Source of the DNA: a virus
Lineage: Duplodnaviria > Caudoviricetes
IMG/VR virus record: IMGVR_UViG_3300021431_000012
Span: 11,699-75,698 of that record
Length of the DNA stretch: 64,000 nucleotides
Direction: 5' to 3' (one strand)
Part shown: in pieces, positions 15,601 through 26,107 of the stretch
Position numbering within the stretch: position 1 is the stretch's first letter
Layout: each line of letters begins with the position of its first letter
Translations under genes and position numbers: made by a program
The notes under the pieces: generated by a model
What the model was told of the DNA's origin: nothing
Database searches by the model: none
What the model saw: only the letters and a program-made list of their open reading frames with translations

Positions 15601-15619
15601 AATGTGTATAGATTTTGTT

Positions 15620-16207
15620 TTATAGTCGTAGTTCTTTGTCAAACACCTTTATATCGTTGGATAGGCAGTATTTTTCTTGAATCACATTCGCCTTTTCGCT
15701 ATATCTGAACACGCGAATAGTGCTTTCATCATCCACGTCATCTAGATGTATGGTGCTATCGTCGAAGAGCATGATGCGGATGTTGTTATAGCCGCCACAA
15801 ACAAGATGTATGTTTGATGTGTTGCTAACGTAGATAGTCGGGCATTTGGTTTCTTCCACCTCTATAGTGATTCCCTCGCACCATATAAAGTGCGAAATAT
15901 CCACTTTTAGCGGCATCACATTCGCATGATAGTCAACGAACAAGCCATAGGTGTAGCCATGTACGCCGTCGCAGTCGTATAGTTCTCGTCCATTGACGTA
16001 ATCGGCGAACTCTTTTAGAATATACTCCTTGCTTAGTCCTTTGTGCCAATAGCAGTATGATGCAAAGAATGGAATTGATTGCTGTGCGAGGCACAAGGAA
16101 ACCAATTTCTCCTTGTCCTCGCCAGCGGATTTCCAATAGCCTTTATACTCATCGCATAGGTTGTTAAGCAATGCTTCTTTGTAGAATGAAAACATTTCCT
16201 TGTCCAT
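15620..16207 (-). CDS. Hypothetical protein following the TMP
   Basis: ORF track. Confidence 0.75.
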   Translation of the reverse strand: MDKEMFSFYKEALLNNLCDEYKGYWKSAGEDKEKLVSLCLAQQSIPFFASYCYWHKGLSKEYILKEFADYVNGRELYDCDGVHGYTYGLFVDYHANVMPLKVDISHFIWCEGITIEVEETKCPTIYVSNTSNIHLVCGGYNNIRIMLFDDSTIHLDDVDDESTIRVFRYSEKANVIQEKYCLSNDIKVFDKELRL

Positions 16208-16221
16208 GTTGTATTTCGCTT

Positions 16222-19200
16222 TTAAACCATTTCACATCGTACTGCCAAGCCATTAGCACTGCTCCATCCAATCAAGATGTTCTGTATTGCCGTTTGCACT
16301 TGATAGCTATATTGTAGCTGCAAAAGTATTTGTGCTTGCGTGCCAAGTTGTGCGTCATTGTCTGCGGCAACCACTGCATCGCGAATCTGCGTCAACAAGT
16401 CCGTATGAACATATTGTTGTTGTGTGTTTGCATTCCAATATGCTTCTAGTGCGCCAGCCTGGTCTTCGGTGATTCCTTGTATGCCTTGTTGTAGTGCCGA
16501 TAGGTTGCTTTGTGTCGTGCTACTACTACCATAGGCAACACCAAGTGCGTTATAAAGGTTTCGCAAATCCTCGTTGATGGCTTCGCTAATGCTCTTGTCG
16601 CCAATAAGCTGCCGTATGCGCATGAGTTCGCTTTCCGTGATGTCAGTGCCACCTGCACTATCTTCGCCCGTGATTTGCTCCACCAAGTCCCAAATCGGTT
16701 GAAGTCGTTTAGCGACAAGTCGTGATGCTACCGATTTCATAATCATTTGGTCAATCATGTCATCAAACTTGCTACTTAGTGCATCCATGGTGTCCTCACC
16801 ACTTCGCCATGCGCCTACCCATGTGCTTACAAAGTCCTCTGCGGCCGATTTGATGTCGCTACCGAGCAATGTAGTGGTAATGCTTTCCGTCAAGTCCTCA
16901 ATTTCGTTCTTTAGGCTTTGCATCGTTTCCTCGTTTTGCTTGATAGTTTCATCGTCGCGGTCTTTTGAGCGTTTAGAGCGTTCAAGTCGTGTCTGACGTT
17001 CAATCTCCGCAAGTTCTGCTTGCTTATTCGCAATGGCAAGCTTCCTTGCGCGTAATTCCTCATTGCCCATGGCTTTATCAACACTCCTTTCAAGGTCGTT
17101 GTATGCCATTTGCAACCGCCTTACTTCCTCTTGGCTCTTGGTGATTTCCTTGTTGATGCGCTTTGTTCTTGCTGCGCCGTCACCAAATGCACTTGCAATG
17201 GCATCGCCAAGCCCGCCGACGGTCTTTAGGACGCCCGTTACCGCGCCAACCACATTGCCACTTTGCAATGATGATACCGTTTGGTTCAAGCCTTCGCCCA
17301 TTGTGCCCAAGTCATCAATGACTGCGTTTAGCTCATTGCCAAGGTCTACGCCGAACATATCATGCAATGTGTCACGCAACTCGCCAAGTGACTGTAGGTT
17401 CGCGGCTACGATTTGCACAACTTTTGCGATTCCACTTGCCTGGTCATCGAATATCTTGCGCATGAGGTCGTATTGTTCATTAAGTTCCTCTGCTGCGGCA
17501 AGTTCTTCCTTTAGCTTTTGGAGCTTTTCTTCCTCCATGGAAAGCTGGCCCTCCAAAGCCGTGCGAATAACCACGTTCCACGGTTGTTGTGCCTTTAGCT
17601 GTTCAAGTTGTACTTTCTTTGCTTCAACAATCTTTTCTTGTTCATCATAGTTTATTTGTGCTTGAACAAAGTCTTTTTGCGCCTGCTTGCCTTGTTTTCC
17701 TACCGCCCTAGCATAGTCCCGCACGTTCTTTATAAGCCCCTTGAACGGGTTTCTATCTATCAATTCGGCGTTGATTTTCTCAAATTGTTGTGTGACCTGC
17801 TTGAGTTGTTCGGGCGAGAGCGTTCCCATTTCGTCTTTCAGTTCGATAAGACGTTGGCGAATCGCCATTAGTGTGGATTGTGAAAGCGTGTCAAGATTTT
17901 CAAACATTGCGATATACAATCTGCTTTGCTTGAATTCGTCAAACTTTGCCGCACCCTTTTCCCTTTGCGCACCACTTTCAATGGCATTTAGCTTTGCTAT
18001 GTATTCGGGTCGCTTGCGCATTTCCTCGGTATAGTATGCTTCGTTGAGCTTTTTAACCTTTTCAAGTCTATCTGCTTCAATTTCGGCTATCTTATCCGTG
18101 TAGTCACCGTATTTCTTTACATAGTCATCAAGCATCTTTTCCGTGTCTTCAATGTTTTTCTTGAACATGTCACGGAATGATTTTTGCCATTGTATTAGCT
18201 TTTGCATGGGTTCGCTTTGCGTGTCTATACCCATCCATGTATCGCCGCTTAAATCGGTTCGCATTAGGTCAAACGGGGTGTTTACACCTAGCTTTGCAAG
18301 TTCCTTTTTGGCAATTTCATTTGCGCGGTGCAATGCTTCGCCAAAGGTGTGTGGCAACGCCTCTAAATCAATGTCGAATAGGTTGGCAAACACATCACCA
18401 AGTTCGGGATTTGCATCCAATTCTACGGCAAGCTCATATTCATCCTTTAGCTTTGAAAGTTCGTTGTTTAGACCCTCGGTGATTTTCTTGTGGTCATAGG
18501 AGATGGCGTCAATCTTGATTTCCTTGATTTTCACCTCCAAGTCCTTGATTTCTGCAGGCTTTGCTTTTCCCGATGCAACAAGTGAATCAAGTTGCGTTTG
18601 CAACATGTTCATGATTTCACGAGGATTGGCTACGCCTGCAAACTTTTTCAATTGCAATTCACCAAGACCAAACTTTTGGAAAGTCTTGTTGATAGATGTT
18701 ACCGACTTATCGTAGCCATCAATAGACTCTTGTATTGCGGTTTCCGAATCAACGCCCTCCTTGACAAGTTTCTTGTATGTAGAACGAACCTTGTCAATAA
18801 GTGAAAGTTCCTCGCGCAAGGCTTTTTGTAACTCGCTTTCCTCTTGCCGTTGCTGCTTTGCCGCATCACGGCGCGATTTGGCTTCGTCTTTCCTATCTTT
18901 TGCTTCTTGTTTCTTGTCATGGCCACCTTGGGCTTCTGCTCTAGCAAGGTCTTTTTCGTTGTCTTCTATTTCTTTAATGACTTGCGCGTATTCCTTTGCT
19001 GTTTTATAGTCACCTTTTAGACCACCAGCCTTTGCAAGTTCATCCCTACGTCGCTTTAGACGTTCAATATTTGATGTTGCCTTTTGTACTTGTGAATCAG
19101 CCTCGTTAAGAATATCTATAACACGTTTTTCTTCGCCAGTTCCAATAGTCAATGGGATAAATATGCTCCATTGGTTTGCGTTCAAGATGTAGTTTCTTAA

Positions 19201-22200
19201 TTGGTTGAACACATTTTCGTATGATTCGCCATTTTGCTTTGCATACTGACGTGCAAGGTCACTAACCCACTTGTAGTATTCGCCTTTTTGGAAATCAAGT
19301 GATTTGATTTGTTTTGCATCCATTCCTCGGAACATTTCCGTCATTTCTGACATGTGCTGTTCCTTCATCCACTTGGTAAAACTTGCCCAATGCACACGGC
19401 TTTCGGCGGTGTTGCTATTGAAGAACTTTTGTTCCTCTACTAAAGCATCTATTCTTGCTTGAATATCCGCACGGGCATTTTCATCTCTAGCATGTGCAAG
19501 CGCGGCTTTTTCATCGGCAATACGAATCTTGTATGCTTCTTGCATCGCCTTCGTCTTTTGCTCTTCGACGAGCATTTGCAATGTAAAAGCATGCTGCGGG
19601 TCAAGTTGGTTTTCGGCAACAAGTTTGCTTGTGATTTGCGAGAACACCTCTGTAATCCTATCAGTATTACCTCCCCAACCTTTCATGTTGATAAAATCAA
19701 TAATTGATTGGGTGGTTTCTGCCACATCTTCCCTTACCTTGTAGAATGCTTCCGACAAGCCTCGTACATCATTCTTATAGCTATTTGCAACATTCGCCGC
19801 AAGCGTCCTTGTGCCGTCTTTTTGTAGTACCGTAGACTTTTCTAACAAAGCATTAACACTACCATACTGCTTAATAACCTTGTTGAGTTCGCCTTGGTAG
19901 TCTTTAAGGTTGCCAATCAAACCGTCTGGCGCAGCCCATAGATTCCACCATTTAGACCAATCCTGTGTTACCTTAATAGTTTCGTCATCAATTTCTTTTA
20001 AAGCTGCACTTACAACGCTAATTTCATTGATTATCTTAAAGCCTTGGCGTAATCTTTCGCTTACATTTTCAATTTGCATTAAGCGACTAATATGTTCATC
20101 GGCAGCTTTAGATGTAAGTTCGATTTGTTCGCGCATGGCTTCCCATGCCTTGTTAGCCTCATCCTCATTGATGTCTTGAGGAATCAATGTGTCGGTGTAA
20201 ACTGGCTTTCCATTTTTTGTGCCATACTGCCTTTTTTCTGTCCTATATAGACTATTGGCAACATCTTGGTATCGCTCGCCAAACTTTGCAAGGTCATCAT
20301 AGTTGCTTTTTGCACCTTCTCGTATGGATTGGTTTAGCTGCTTGGTTGCTTCATCACAATTTGATATTGCTTGAACAACATCAACAATGGCAAGGGCAAG
20401 CAAAGACCACCATGTTAATGGCGTTCTTACAAGTGCGCCAATAGACTTGCCAACCATGGATATTCTTTTTGAAGCCCATGAACCAGCAATTCCAGCGGTT
20501 GTCATTTCCTTGCTAAGAATACGCCATTGCAGACCACTTTTAACAAGTATGACGTTTAATGCTCTAAAGGCGACAACGATTCCTGCAGCCCATGCGACAT
20601 TTTTAAGTGCCCTGTCGAATTCGCGCCAATGCAAAAATAATGTTTTTAATGCATTAATGCCAGTAGTGAGCATTCCTTGGCTTTCCTTACCGATTTCATT
20701 AAGCATGTTGTTCCATGCAAGCGTAAGGTTTGCCAATCGCACCTTTAGCGTGTCGGCCATCTTTGCTTGGAAGTTGAAATACTTACCACCCTCATCGGTT
20801 AGGCGTGTTACAACGGTCATTACATCATTGTAGCTAATTGCCTTTTTCTTGATTCTATCGTAGACATCGGCAACGCTAACCACTTTTCCTTCAAGTTCCG
20901 AATAGGTGTTTGCAAGTTCACGAACGAGAGGGATACCTGCGTTGGCAAACATACGAGCATCACGTGCATTGAGATAGCCGTAAGCCTTTACCTGTCCCAA
21001 TGCGTATGTAAGACGGTCAATAGGTACACCAACTGCCGACGCCATATCTGCCAAACGACGCGTGGTATCAACAACATCCTTTGCCGCAACATCATAAGCC
21101 GTAAGCTGCTTTGCTGCTTGCGAAAGTTCAATTAGTGTGTACGGCGAGATAAGTGCCATTTGCGATAGTTCTTGGAATATCTCAGAACCACGCTCTGCGC
21201 TATCAACAAGAATGCCCAATGCGCGTTCGGTCATTTCATATTGACCTCGAATCTCAATAAGACCCTTTACAAATTGCGTGCTAGCACCAATGGTAAGGTA
21301 GAATGCCATACGATTTTTCATGTAGTTCCATGAACGTGTAAGGGCATTTGTGACCTCGTTGGCTTGTTTGGTCGATGCTGTGAACCTATCCATGTCCCTA
21401 GTCAACTTGACAATGGCATCATCAACCTTTTTTATTTCGCCCGCCTGCTTTGGGTCTGTGACATTGATTCCTCGTTTGTATGCTTGCAATTGCTTTAGCT
21501 TGTAAGCCATTTCGTCAAGAGTTCTAACGGGTAGGCTTTCGATAAAGCTCATGTTTATAGGGCGCGACATTTCAGATTTAGTCATGTGAATGGCTTGCTG
21601 TAAATATTGCATCCTATCAATTGTGTGCTTACCTAAAGGGGATTGCCTTTCGGTAGCCGTCATTTTTTTGTAGGCACTTTCAAGCTGCTTGTACTCACTA
21701 GTGATTTTTTCCAAAGAATCGGAATACATTCTAGAATTAATTACCTCTTCTCTGCTAATTCCTAGTTTATTTGCGAGCATGTTGTTAAATGCGCCTTGAT
21801 TACCTATTTCGGCATTTGGAGAAATGTATTTATTGCGCTTTTGCTGCTCTTGTGTTATTTGTTGTTCAATAACAAGCCTTTGTTGTGCTGCACTAACTTC
21901 TGCTTGCGCATTTTGTTGTTCAATTTGTGACGCACGTTCACGCTTTTGTCTTTCGGCGGCAAGTTGCTGTTCAATTTTAAGGATTTGTTCCTCAACGGAT
22001 AATGTTGATTTCGCATATATTGGCATAGAAGCCAACTTGCGTACATCATCTTCGGTGACCCATGTCGAATAGTAGCCTACGCCTTTTTCTTTCCAAGATG
22101 TGCTTTCACGAATGGCTTGTGCTTGCCGCCTAATTTCTTCGGTCTTTCTTTGTTCTTGTGACGTTTGCGCCGCTGACGCCTCGGTTGCGCTTCGTTGTTC

Positions 22201-22890
22201 AACCGTAAGTTCGCGCAATGCTTGGCGTTGCTTGTCATATTCGGCTTGCTTTGCGGCAAGTGCTGCCTTTTCTTCTTGTGCAATCCTACTAGTGCTTTGT
22301 AGTTGTTCCGATGTTAATTGCTTGATTTTTTGTTGCAAAAGGTCAATTTCATCGGTAATAGCTTTAACCTCCATTCTTGACCTGTCAGGATTTGAATACA
22401 ATGTATTGAGTTGCGCTCGTAGTTCTTGAATTCTATTTTGCACCTCAATTATTTGTCTTTCAAACCTTTGGTATTCCGAAAATTGCCTATCAAGGCTAAT
22501 ACCAGGCATTGATGTAATCTCTGCTTTTAGCTTTGAAAGATTATCCCTATAGCTTTGAACAAAGACATAGAAACTATCTTGTGCGCTTTTCGGGCGCATG
22601 GCATTTTGTTGCGCATTGGCAAGTGCATCAAATGTTTGGGTAGTGGTTTTAACGGCTTGTGTAAGGCGTTCTTGTTGCACTATTTGTTGCGTGTTTGCAT
22701 TAGCACTACCTGCATCAATCTTGACATTGTTCAATTGACGAACTTTTTGCAACATTCCGTCAATCGTTGTGTCAAAATTATGTTTCATCTTTTGCGTGCC
22801 GTCAGCAACCGCTTGCACAAGTTCTTGGATAGACTTTTTTATCTGGCTATCGTCCAAACTTCCAACAATGATTGTCGCTTCGTTTTGCAT
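16222..22890 (-). CDS. Tape measure protein
   Basis: 2222 aa, helical/coiled-coil; tape-measure N-terminal-type domain (IRGQYEMTERALGILV...SPYTLIELSQAAKQLTAY); follows the tail chaperones. Confidence 0.95.
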   Translation of the reverse strand: MQNEATIIVGSLDDSQIKKSIQELVQAVADGTQKMKHNFDTTIDGMLQKVRQLNNVKIDAGSANANTQQIVQQERLTQAVKTTTQTFDALANAQQNAMRPKSAQDSFYVFVQSYRDNLSKLKAEITSMPGISLDRQFSEYQRFERQIIEVQNRIQELRAQLNTLYSNPDRSRMEVKAITDEIDLLQQKIKQLTSEQLQSTSRIAQEEKAALAAKQAEYDKQRQALRELTVEQRSATEASAAQTSQEQRKTEEIRRQAQAIRESTSWKEKGVGYYSTWVTEDDVRKLASMPIYAKSTLSVEEQILKIEQQLAAERQKRERASQIEQQNAQAEVSAAQQRLVIEQQITQEQQKRNKYISPNAEIGNQGAFNNMLANKLGISREEVINSRMYSDSLEKITSEYKQLESAYKKMTATERQSPLGKHTIDRMQYLQQAIHMTKSEMSRPINMSFIESLPVRTLDEMAYKLKQLQAYKRGINVTDPKQAGEIKKVDDAIVKLTRDMDRFTASTKQANEVTNALTRSWNYMKNRMAFYLTIGASTQFVKGLIEIRGQYEMTERALGILVDSAERGSEIFQELSQMALISPYTLIELSQAAKQLTAYDVAAKDVVDTTRRLADMASAVGVPIDRLTYALGQVKAYGYLNARDARMFANAGIPLVRELANTYSELEGKVVSVADVYDRIKKKAISYNDVMTVVTRLTDEGGKYFNFQAKMADTLKVRLANLTLAWNNMLNEIGKESQGMLTTGINALKTLFLHWREFDRALKNVAWAAGIVVAFRALNVILVKSGLQWRILSKEMTTAGIAGSWASKRISMVGKSIGALVRTPLTWWSLLALAIVDVVQAISNCDEATKQLNQSIREGAKSNYDDLAKFGERYQDVANSLYRTEKRQYGTKNGKPVYTDTLIPQDINEDEANKAWEAMREQIELTSKAADEHISRLMQIENVSERLRQGFKIINEISVVSAALKEIDDETIKVTQDWSKWWNLWAAPDGLIGNLKDYQGELNKVIKQYGSVNALLEKSTVLQKDGTRTLAANVANSYKNDVRGLSEAFYKVREDVAETTQSIIDFINMKGWGGNTDRITEVFSQITSKLVAENQLDPQHAFTLQMLVEEQKTKAMQEAYKIRIADEKAALAHARDENARADIQARIDALVEEQKFFNSNTAESRVHWASFTKWMKEQHMSEMTEMFRGMDAKQIKSLDFQKGEYYKWVSDLARQYAKQNGESYENVFNQLRNYILNANQWSIFIPLTIGTGEEKRVIDILNEADSQVQKATSNIERLKRRRDELAKAGGLKGDYKTAKEYAQVIKEIEDNEKDLARAEAQGGHDKKQEAKDRKDEAKSRRDAAKQQRQEESELQKALREELSLIDKVRSTYKKLVKEGVDSETAIQESIDGYDKSVTSINKTFQKFGLGELQLKKFAGVANPREIMNMLQTQLDSLVASGKAKPAEIKDLEVKIKEIKIDAISYDHKKITEGLNNELSKLKDEYELAVELDANPELGDVFANLFDIDLEALPHTFGEALHRANEIAKKELAKLGVNTPFDLMRTDLSGDTWMGIDTQSEPMQKLIQWQKSFRDMFKKNIEDTEKMLDDYVKKYGDYTDKIAEIEADRLEKVKKLNEAYYTEEMRKRPEYIAKLNAIESGAQREKGAAKFDEFKQSRLYIAMFENLDTLSQSTLMAIRQRLIELKDEMGTLSPEQLKQVTQQFEKINAELIDRNPFKGLIKNVRDYARAVGKQGKQAQKDFVQAQINYDEQEKIVEAKKVQLEQLKAQQPWNVVIRTALEGQLSMEEEKLQKLKEELAAAEELNEQYDLMRKIFDDQASGIAKVVQIVAANLQSLGELRDTLHDMFGVDLGNELNAVIDDLGTMGEGLNQTVSSLQSGNVVGAVTGVLKTVGGLGDAIASAFGDGAARTKRINKEITKSQEEVRRLQMAYNDLERSVDKAMGNEELRARKLAIANKQAELAEIERQTRLERSKRSKDRDDETIKQNEETMQSLKNEIEDLTESITTTLLGSDIKSAAEDFVSTWVGAWRSGEDTMDALSSKFDDMIDQMIMKSVASRLVAKRLQPIWDLVEQITGEDSAGGTDITESELMRIRQLIGDKSISEAINEDLRNLYNALGVAYGSSSTTQSNLSALQQGIQGITEDQAGALEAYWNANTQQQYVHTDLLTQIRDAVVAADNDAQLGTQAQILLQLQYSYQVQTAIQNILIGWSSANGLAVRCEMV

Positions 22891-22895
22891 ATCTT

Positions 22896-23258
22896 TTACT
22901 TTTTAATCGGAACATCGAATTCTTCGCCATCTTCAAGTTCGGGTGCATTAAGACCGTTAAAGAACTTGTCCAACTGCTTTTGTGAATCAAGTGCCTCCTT
23001 GTAGTTTTTCCACGTCTTTTTGTCCGCGCCTTTCAAATACTTTGTGTGCGTGTTATCAATTGCCATAAATTGAATCCTTGCACAACTTAGCCGATATAGA
23101 TAGTCATCAAGCGTGTATTGCGTGAACACCTTTAGGAAGTCGGCTGCATCCGCAATGATTGTGCTTCCGTAAACAGTGAGGCTGTCTCCATTGACTTCTT
23201 CTTCCTCGTCAGAAGAGAATCCGTAAGCATACTCACCGATTTTTTGAGTAAAAAAAAA
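22896..23258 (-). CDS. Tail assembly chaperone GT-like extension (-1 frame)
   Basis: The -1 frame is open from the slippery run at 23258-23249 to the stop at 22896, with no ATG start of its own. Confidence 0.75.
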   Translation of the reverse strand, partial: FFFTQKIGEYAYGFSSDEEEEVNGDSLTVYGSTIIADAADFLKVFTQYTLDDYLYRLSCARIQFMAIDNTHTKYLKGADKKTWKNYKEALDSQKQLDKFFNGLNAPELEDGEEFDVPIKK

Positions 23259-23719
23259 CCAGACAAGTCAATGCTTTTAATGGCGGCAAGCACAATTCCT
23301 GCCCATTGGTTCACCTCAAATGTGCTATTCATCACTTTCATCTTCATCACGGAAACATAATGGTCATTGCGCGATTTCCCCTCCTCGTTGGTCATGTTAC
23401 CTTCTGGCGTGAACAAATGGTTACAAAGAATAATGGCAACAATCTCACACATGGCATCAAGGTCGGTGCATAATGCCGTGAGAATTTTGTTGTCATCGTC
23501 TAAATTTTCGTCGGCTTGGCGCATATCCAATGCTAGCCTACAAATGCGATACAGCGAATAATAACGCATATTTTGGATGCGAAATTCGCCATCACCTAAC
23601 TTGACAATGGTAGGAGTATCATTTAGGATGTCAATAATGTCCCTTTTGATGTCAATGGGAAAGTCTTGAAGTTCCGTTATTGGTTCGCTTGTTTTTATTT
23701 CCTTTTCCTTTTTTTTCAT
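23132..23719 (-). CDS. Tail assembly chaperone (gpG-like)
   Basis: Lies between the major tail gene and the TMP; contains GGT TTT TTT TTA slippery site; start moved to MKKKEKEIK. Confidence 0.8.
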   Translation of the reverse strand: MKKKEKEIKTSEPITELQDFPIDIKRDIIDILNDTPTIVKLGDGEFRIQNMRYYSLYRICRLALDMRQADENLDDDNKILTALCTDLDAMCEIVAIILCNHLFTPEGNMTNEEGKSRNDHYVSVMKMKVMNSTFEVNQWAGIVLAAIKSIDLSGFFLLKKSVSMLTDSLLTRKKKSMETASLFTEAQSLRMQPTS

Positions 23720-23759
23720 ATTCGTAAACGTGTTTAAATTTTTATACAACATCTTCGTG

Positions 23760-23804
23760 AAAACAAAAGGGAGCGTCACTGGGGTGTCCCCAATAAACGC
23801 TCCC
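23760..23804 (-). terminator. Terminator after the major tail protein gene
   Basis: GGGAGCG...TTGGGG-ACA-CCCCAG...CGCTCCC-TTTTGTTT. Confidence 0.7.
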
Positions 23805-23828
23805 CACGTTCACGAAAACGAAAAGTTT

Positions 23829-24338
23829 TTAAGCACTTGTTTTCTTACCGATAATCTTGTAGAGGTGGTCTGTCTCGTTGCTATCTGTGTAGACAAGCGA
23901 GCTAATGGTAACTGAATAGTTCAGTGCGCCATCCTCGTCCTTCTTGATAGTACCGATGGTAAGACCACGATAGATGACAAGCGATGCATTACCACGGCTA
24001 AAGTCAAGTTTCCACTCGAACTCGTTAGTGGTGGCGGCAACGGCTGCCTCATACTCGTCGGCTGCGCTAGATGTAGCGGCGGTAGCAGAACCACCGAATA
24101 CTGCTGGAAGCTCCGCGAGGTCGTAGTTTGCAAGTTCAAACGTCATGGTGACGGGATTACCCTGATAGAAGATGTCGAAGGGTGAATCGTAGAACTCGGC
24201 TTCAATCTCGGTGCTATCTGGTTCGTCCTGACCAATGGTAAGACCCTTCAGAACGCCCATAAACTTGGTGTAATCATCACTAGAACCTACTGCGCGATAG
24301 CCCAACTCAATAGGCTTCAAAGTTGTTCTCTTTGCCAT
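23829..24338 (-). CDS. Major tail (tube) protein
   Basis: 169 aa, beta-rich, synteny between neck genes and chaperone, followed by a terminator. Confidence 0.8.
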   Translation of the reverse strand: MAKRTTLKPIELGYRAVGSSDDYTKFMGVLKGLTIGQDEPDSTEIEAEFYDSPFDIFYQGNPVTMTFELANYDLAELPAVFGGSATAATSSAADEYEAAVAATTNEFEWKLDFSRGNASLVIYRGLTIGTIKKDEDGALNYSVTISSLVYTDSNETDHLYKIIGKKTSA

Positions 24339-24366
24339 AATTGCTAAATTTTGTTTGGTTTATTTG

Positions 24367-24801
24367 TTATTTGTTTATTACTACAATGAAAGATTTCACA
24401 AACAAGAAAAATTGGTTGTCTGCGTTAGAATTTTCATTCGTGTCCATAGACAACACGCTTTGTTCTTGTATGCTAAATTCACCATCATCATTGCCAATCG
24501 CATTTGCAATCACAAGATTTATAGCATCCTCGTATTCCTGATACTTGGTGTAATCAAGCCGTCCGCGACTAAGTGGCGGGACATAAGCCTCAACATAAAC
24601 ACGCGCCCATCCGTAAGCAGAACAAGTGAACTCGCTTTCATCATACAAATCACCGACTCGGATAACAAGGAAGCCGTCGTTTGTGTCACTAGTCGTAAGT
24701 TCTTGTGGCTCAAACATTGAATACACATTCTTAGTTACAACATCGTAAAAGAGGTTGTAAACATAATCATATATATCAATTCTTGAATATCGTTCCGTCA
24801 T
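24367..24801 (-). CDS. Tail terminator/completion protein
   Basis: Synteny, size, acidic composition. Confidence 0.6.
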   Translation of the reverse strand: MTERYSRIDIYDYVYNLFYDVVTKNVYSMFEPQELTTSDTNDGFLVIRVGDLYDESEFTCSAYGWARVYVEAYVPPLSRGRLDYTKYQEYEDAINLVIANAIGNDDGEFSIQEQSVLSMDTNENSNADNQFFLFVKSFIVVINK

Positions 24802-24806
24802 ATTAC

Positions 24807-25343
24807 TTATCTAGGCACATAGTTTTTAAATGTAACTTTGGCGGGGGATAGGTCTTTTTTCACCACATCATAATATTGCGTCATCACCGCAAAATGCTGG
24901 AATCTGCCATTTCTAATGTTTCGGTGTCCTTTTTCCCAATATCCCCAATAAGGTGCAAGCACTGCAAAAAACACTTCCCATCCATGGCTTTGTGGGTTGT
25001 AGCTATTGATGAACTTTGCCGCTCTTAGGTGGCCGTCTATTTCCTCACCTTTTGGTGTTTGCCATTCGTGTAGGTGGGAATTTTCATAAGCCTCGCTACT
25101 GCGGTAATATCCAACCTTTTTCGCTTTGCCACCATAGTAAACACCCCAACATAGACTATCTAGTAATGTACCTGTCCTATCCATGTGGTTTGCACCATGA
25201 TAGTTGTTTATGCTAGCACCAATAACACCAATTGTTCTTTCGGCATAGGCAATCAGTCTTCGTGTTTGTTCGGCAATGATAGGTGTAAGAATTGCTTTTT
25301 CCACCTTTTTCTTTGCGAATATAACTCTTGTACCTCCTGACAT
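24807..25343 (-). CDS. HK97 gp10-like neck protein
   Basis: DRTGTLLDSL...APY..YWEKG pattern; synteny. Confidence 0.6.
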   Translation of the reverse strand: MSGGTRVIFAKKKVEKAILTPIIAEQTRRLIAYAERTIGVIGASINNYHGANHMDRTGTLLDSLCWGVYYGGKAKKVGYYRSSEAYENSHLHEWQTPKGEEIDGHLRAAKFINSYNPQSHGWEVFFAVLAPYWGYWEKGHRNIRNGRFQHFAVMTQYYDVVKKDLSPAKVTFKNYVPR

Positions 25344-25349
25344 AGCTTC

Positions 25350-25685
25350 CTACCAACTTGTTCTTGTCGCGAATACGCTAACACCACCCAATTGCGAAGG
25401 GTCTGCGTTATCTACTACCAACGTGAATGTTTCACCATAACGGGTAACGGAAACCTTGTCACCTTTCAATGGCACTATCCATTCTCCATTTTCCTTTTTG
25501 GTCAACGGAATGGAAATCACATAGGATGCCGTCTGCAATGTGCGTCCGTCCTTGTAGGTAACAAGATGTTCGTCCATAACACCTTGGTAAAGTAATTCCT
25601 CGGTGTCGGGATTGCGACCTGTCCCCGTGATAACCCTTGTGATTGTGCCAGTGTAGGGATATTCTAAGATTTCGCTCCTTTTCAT
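25350..25685 (-). CDS. Head closure/stopper protein
   Basis: Synteny and size. Confidence 0.55.
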   Translation of the reverse strand: MKRSEILEYPYTGTITRVITGTGRNPDTEELLYQGVMDEHLVTYKDGRTLQTASYVISIPLTKKENGEWIVPLKGDKVSVTRYGETFTLVVDNADPSQLGGVSVFATRTSW

Positions 25686-26062
25686 AGGCTTTCCACGTCA
25701 ACAATAGGTACAAACTTGATTCTTTTCTTCACACTATCAAGGATGTCGGCTCTATCATCTTGGTATTGATTGTAAATGCGAATCGCATACGTTATCTTGT
25801 CGTCTTGGTAATAGTCGGTTTCACTACCAATGGTCTTTTGATAACCATTGTGTGATTGTTGCAATGACGATGTACTTGAAGGGCTTAAAAGCACGGCAGT
25901 AAAAATGATGTCGGCAGTCATAAGTTCCCTTTGCTGCTTCGTCACACTACTACCATACACGTCGTCATCGGGATTGCAACCCCTATCGAGTGCTATCTTT
26001 GTAAACGTCTGTTCATCAAACGTATAACGTGTGGATGCTTCAAGCCATTCAAGTACGGTCAT
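25682..26062 (-). CDS. Head-tail adaptor (DUF6706-like)
   Basis: First gene after the major capsid gene; helical N-terminus. Confidence 0.55.
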   Translation of the reverse strand: MTVLEWLEASTRYTFDEQTFTKIALDRGCNPDDDVYGSSVTKQQRELMTADIIFTAVLLSPSSTSSLQQSHNGYQKTIGSETDYYQDDKITYAIRIYNQYQDDRADILDSVKKRIKFVPIVDVESL

Positions 26063-26107
26063 ACAACACTTTACCTTAAATCATTTATTATGAACAACAA
26101 CAAAATT

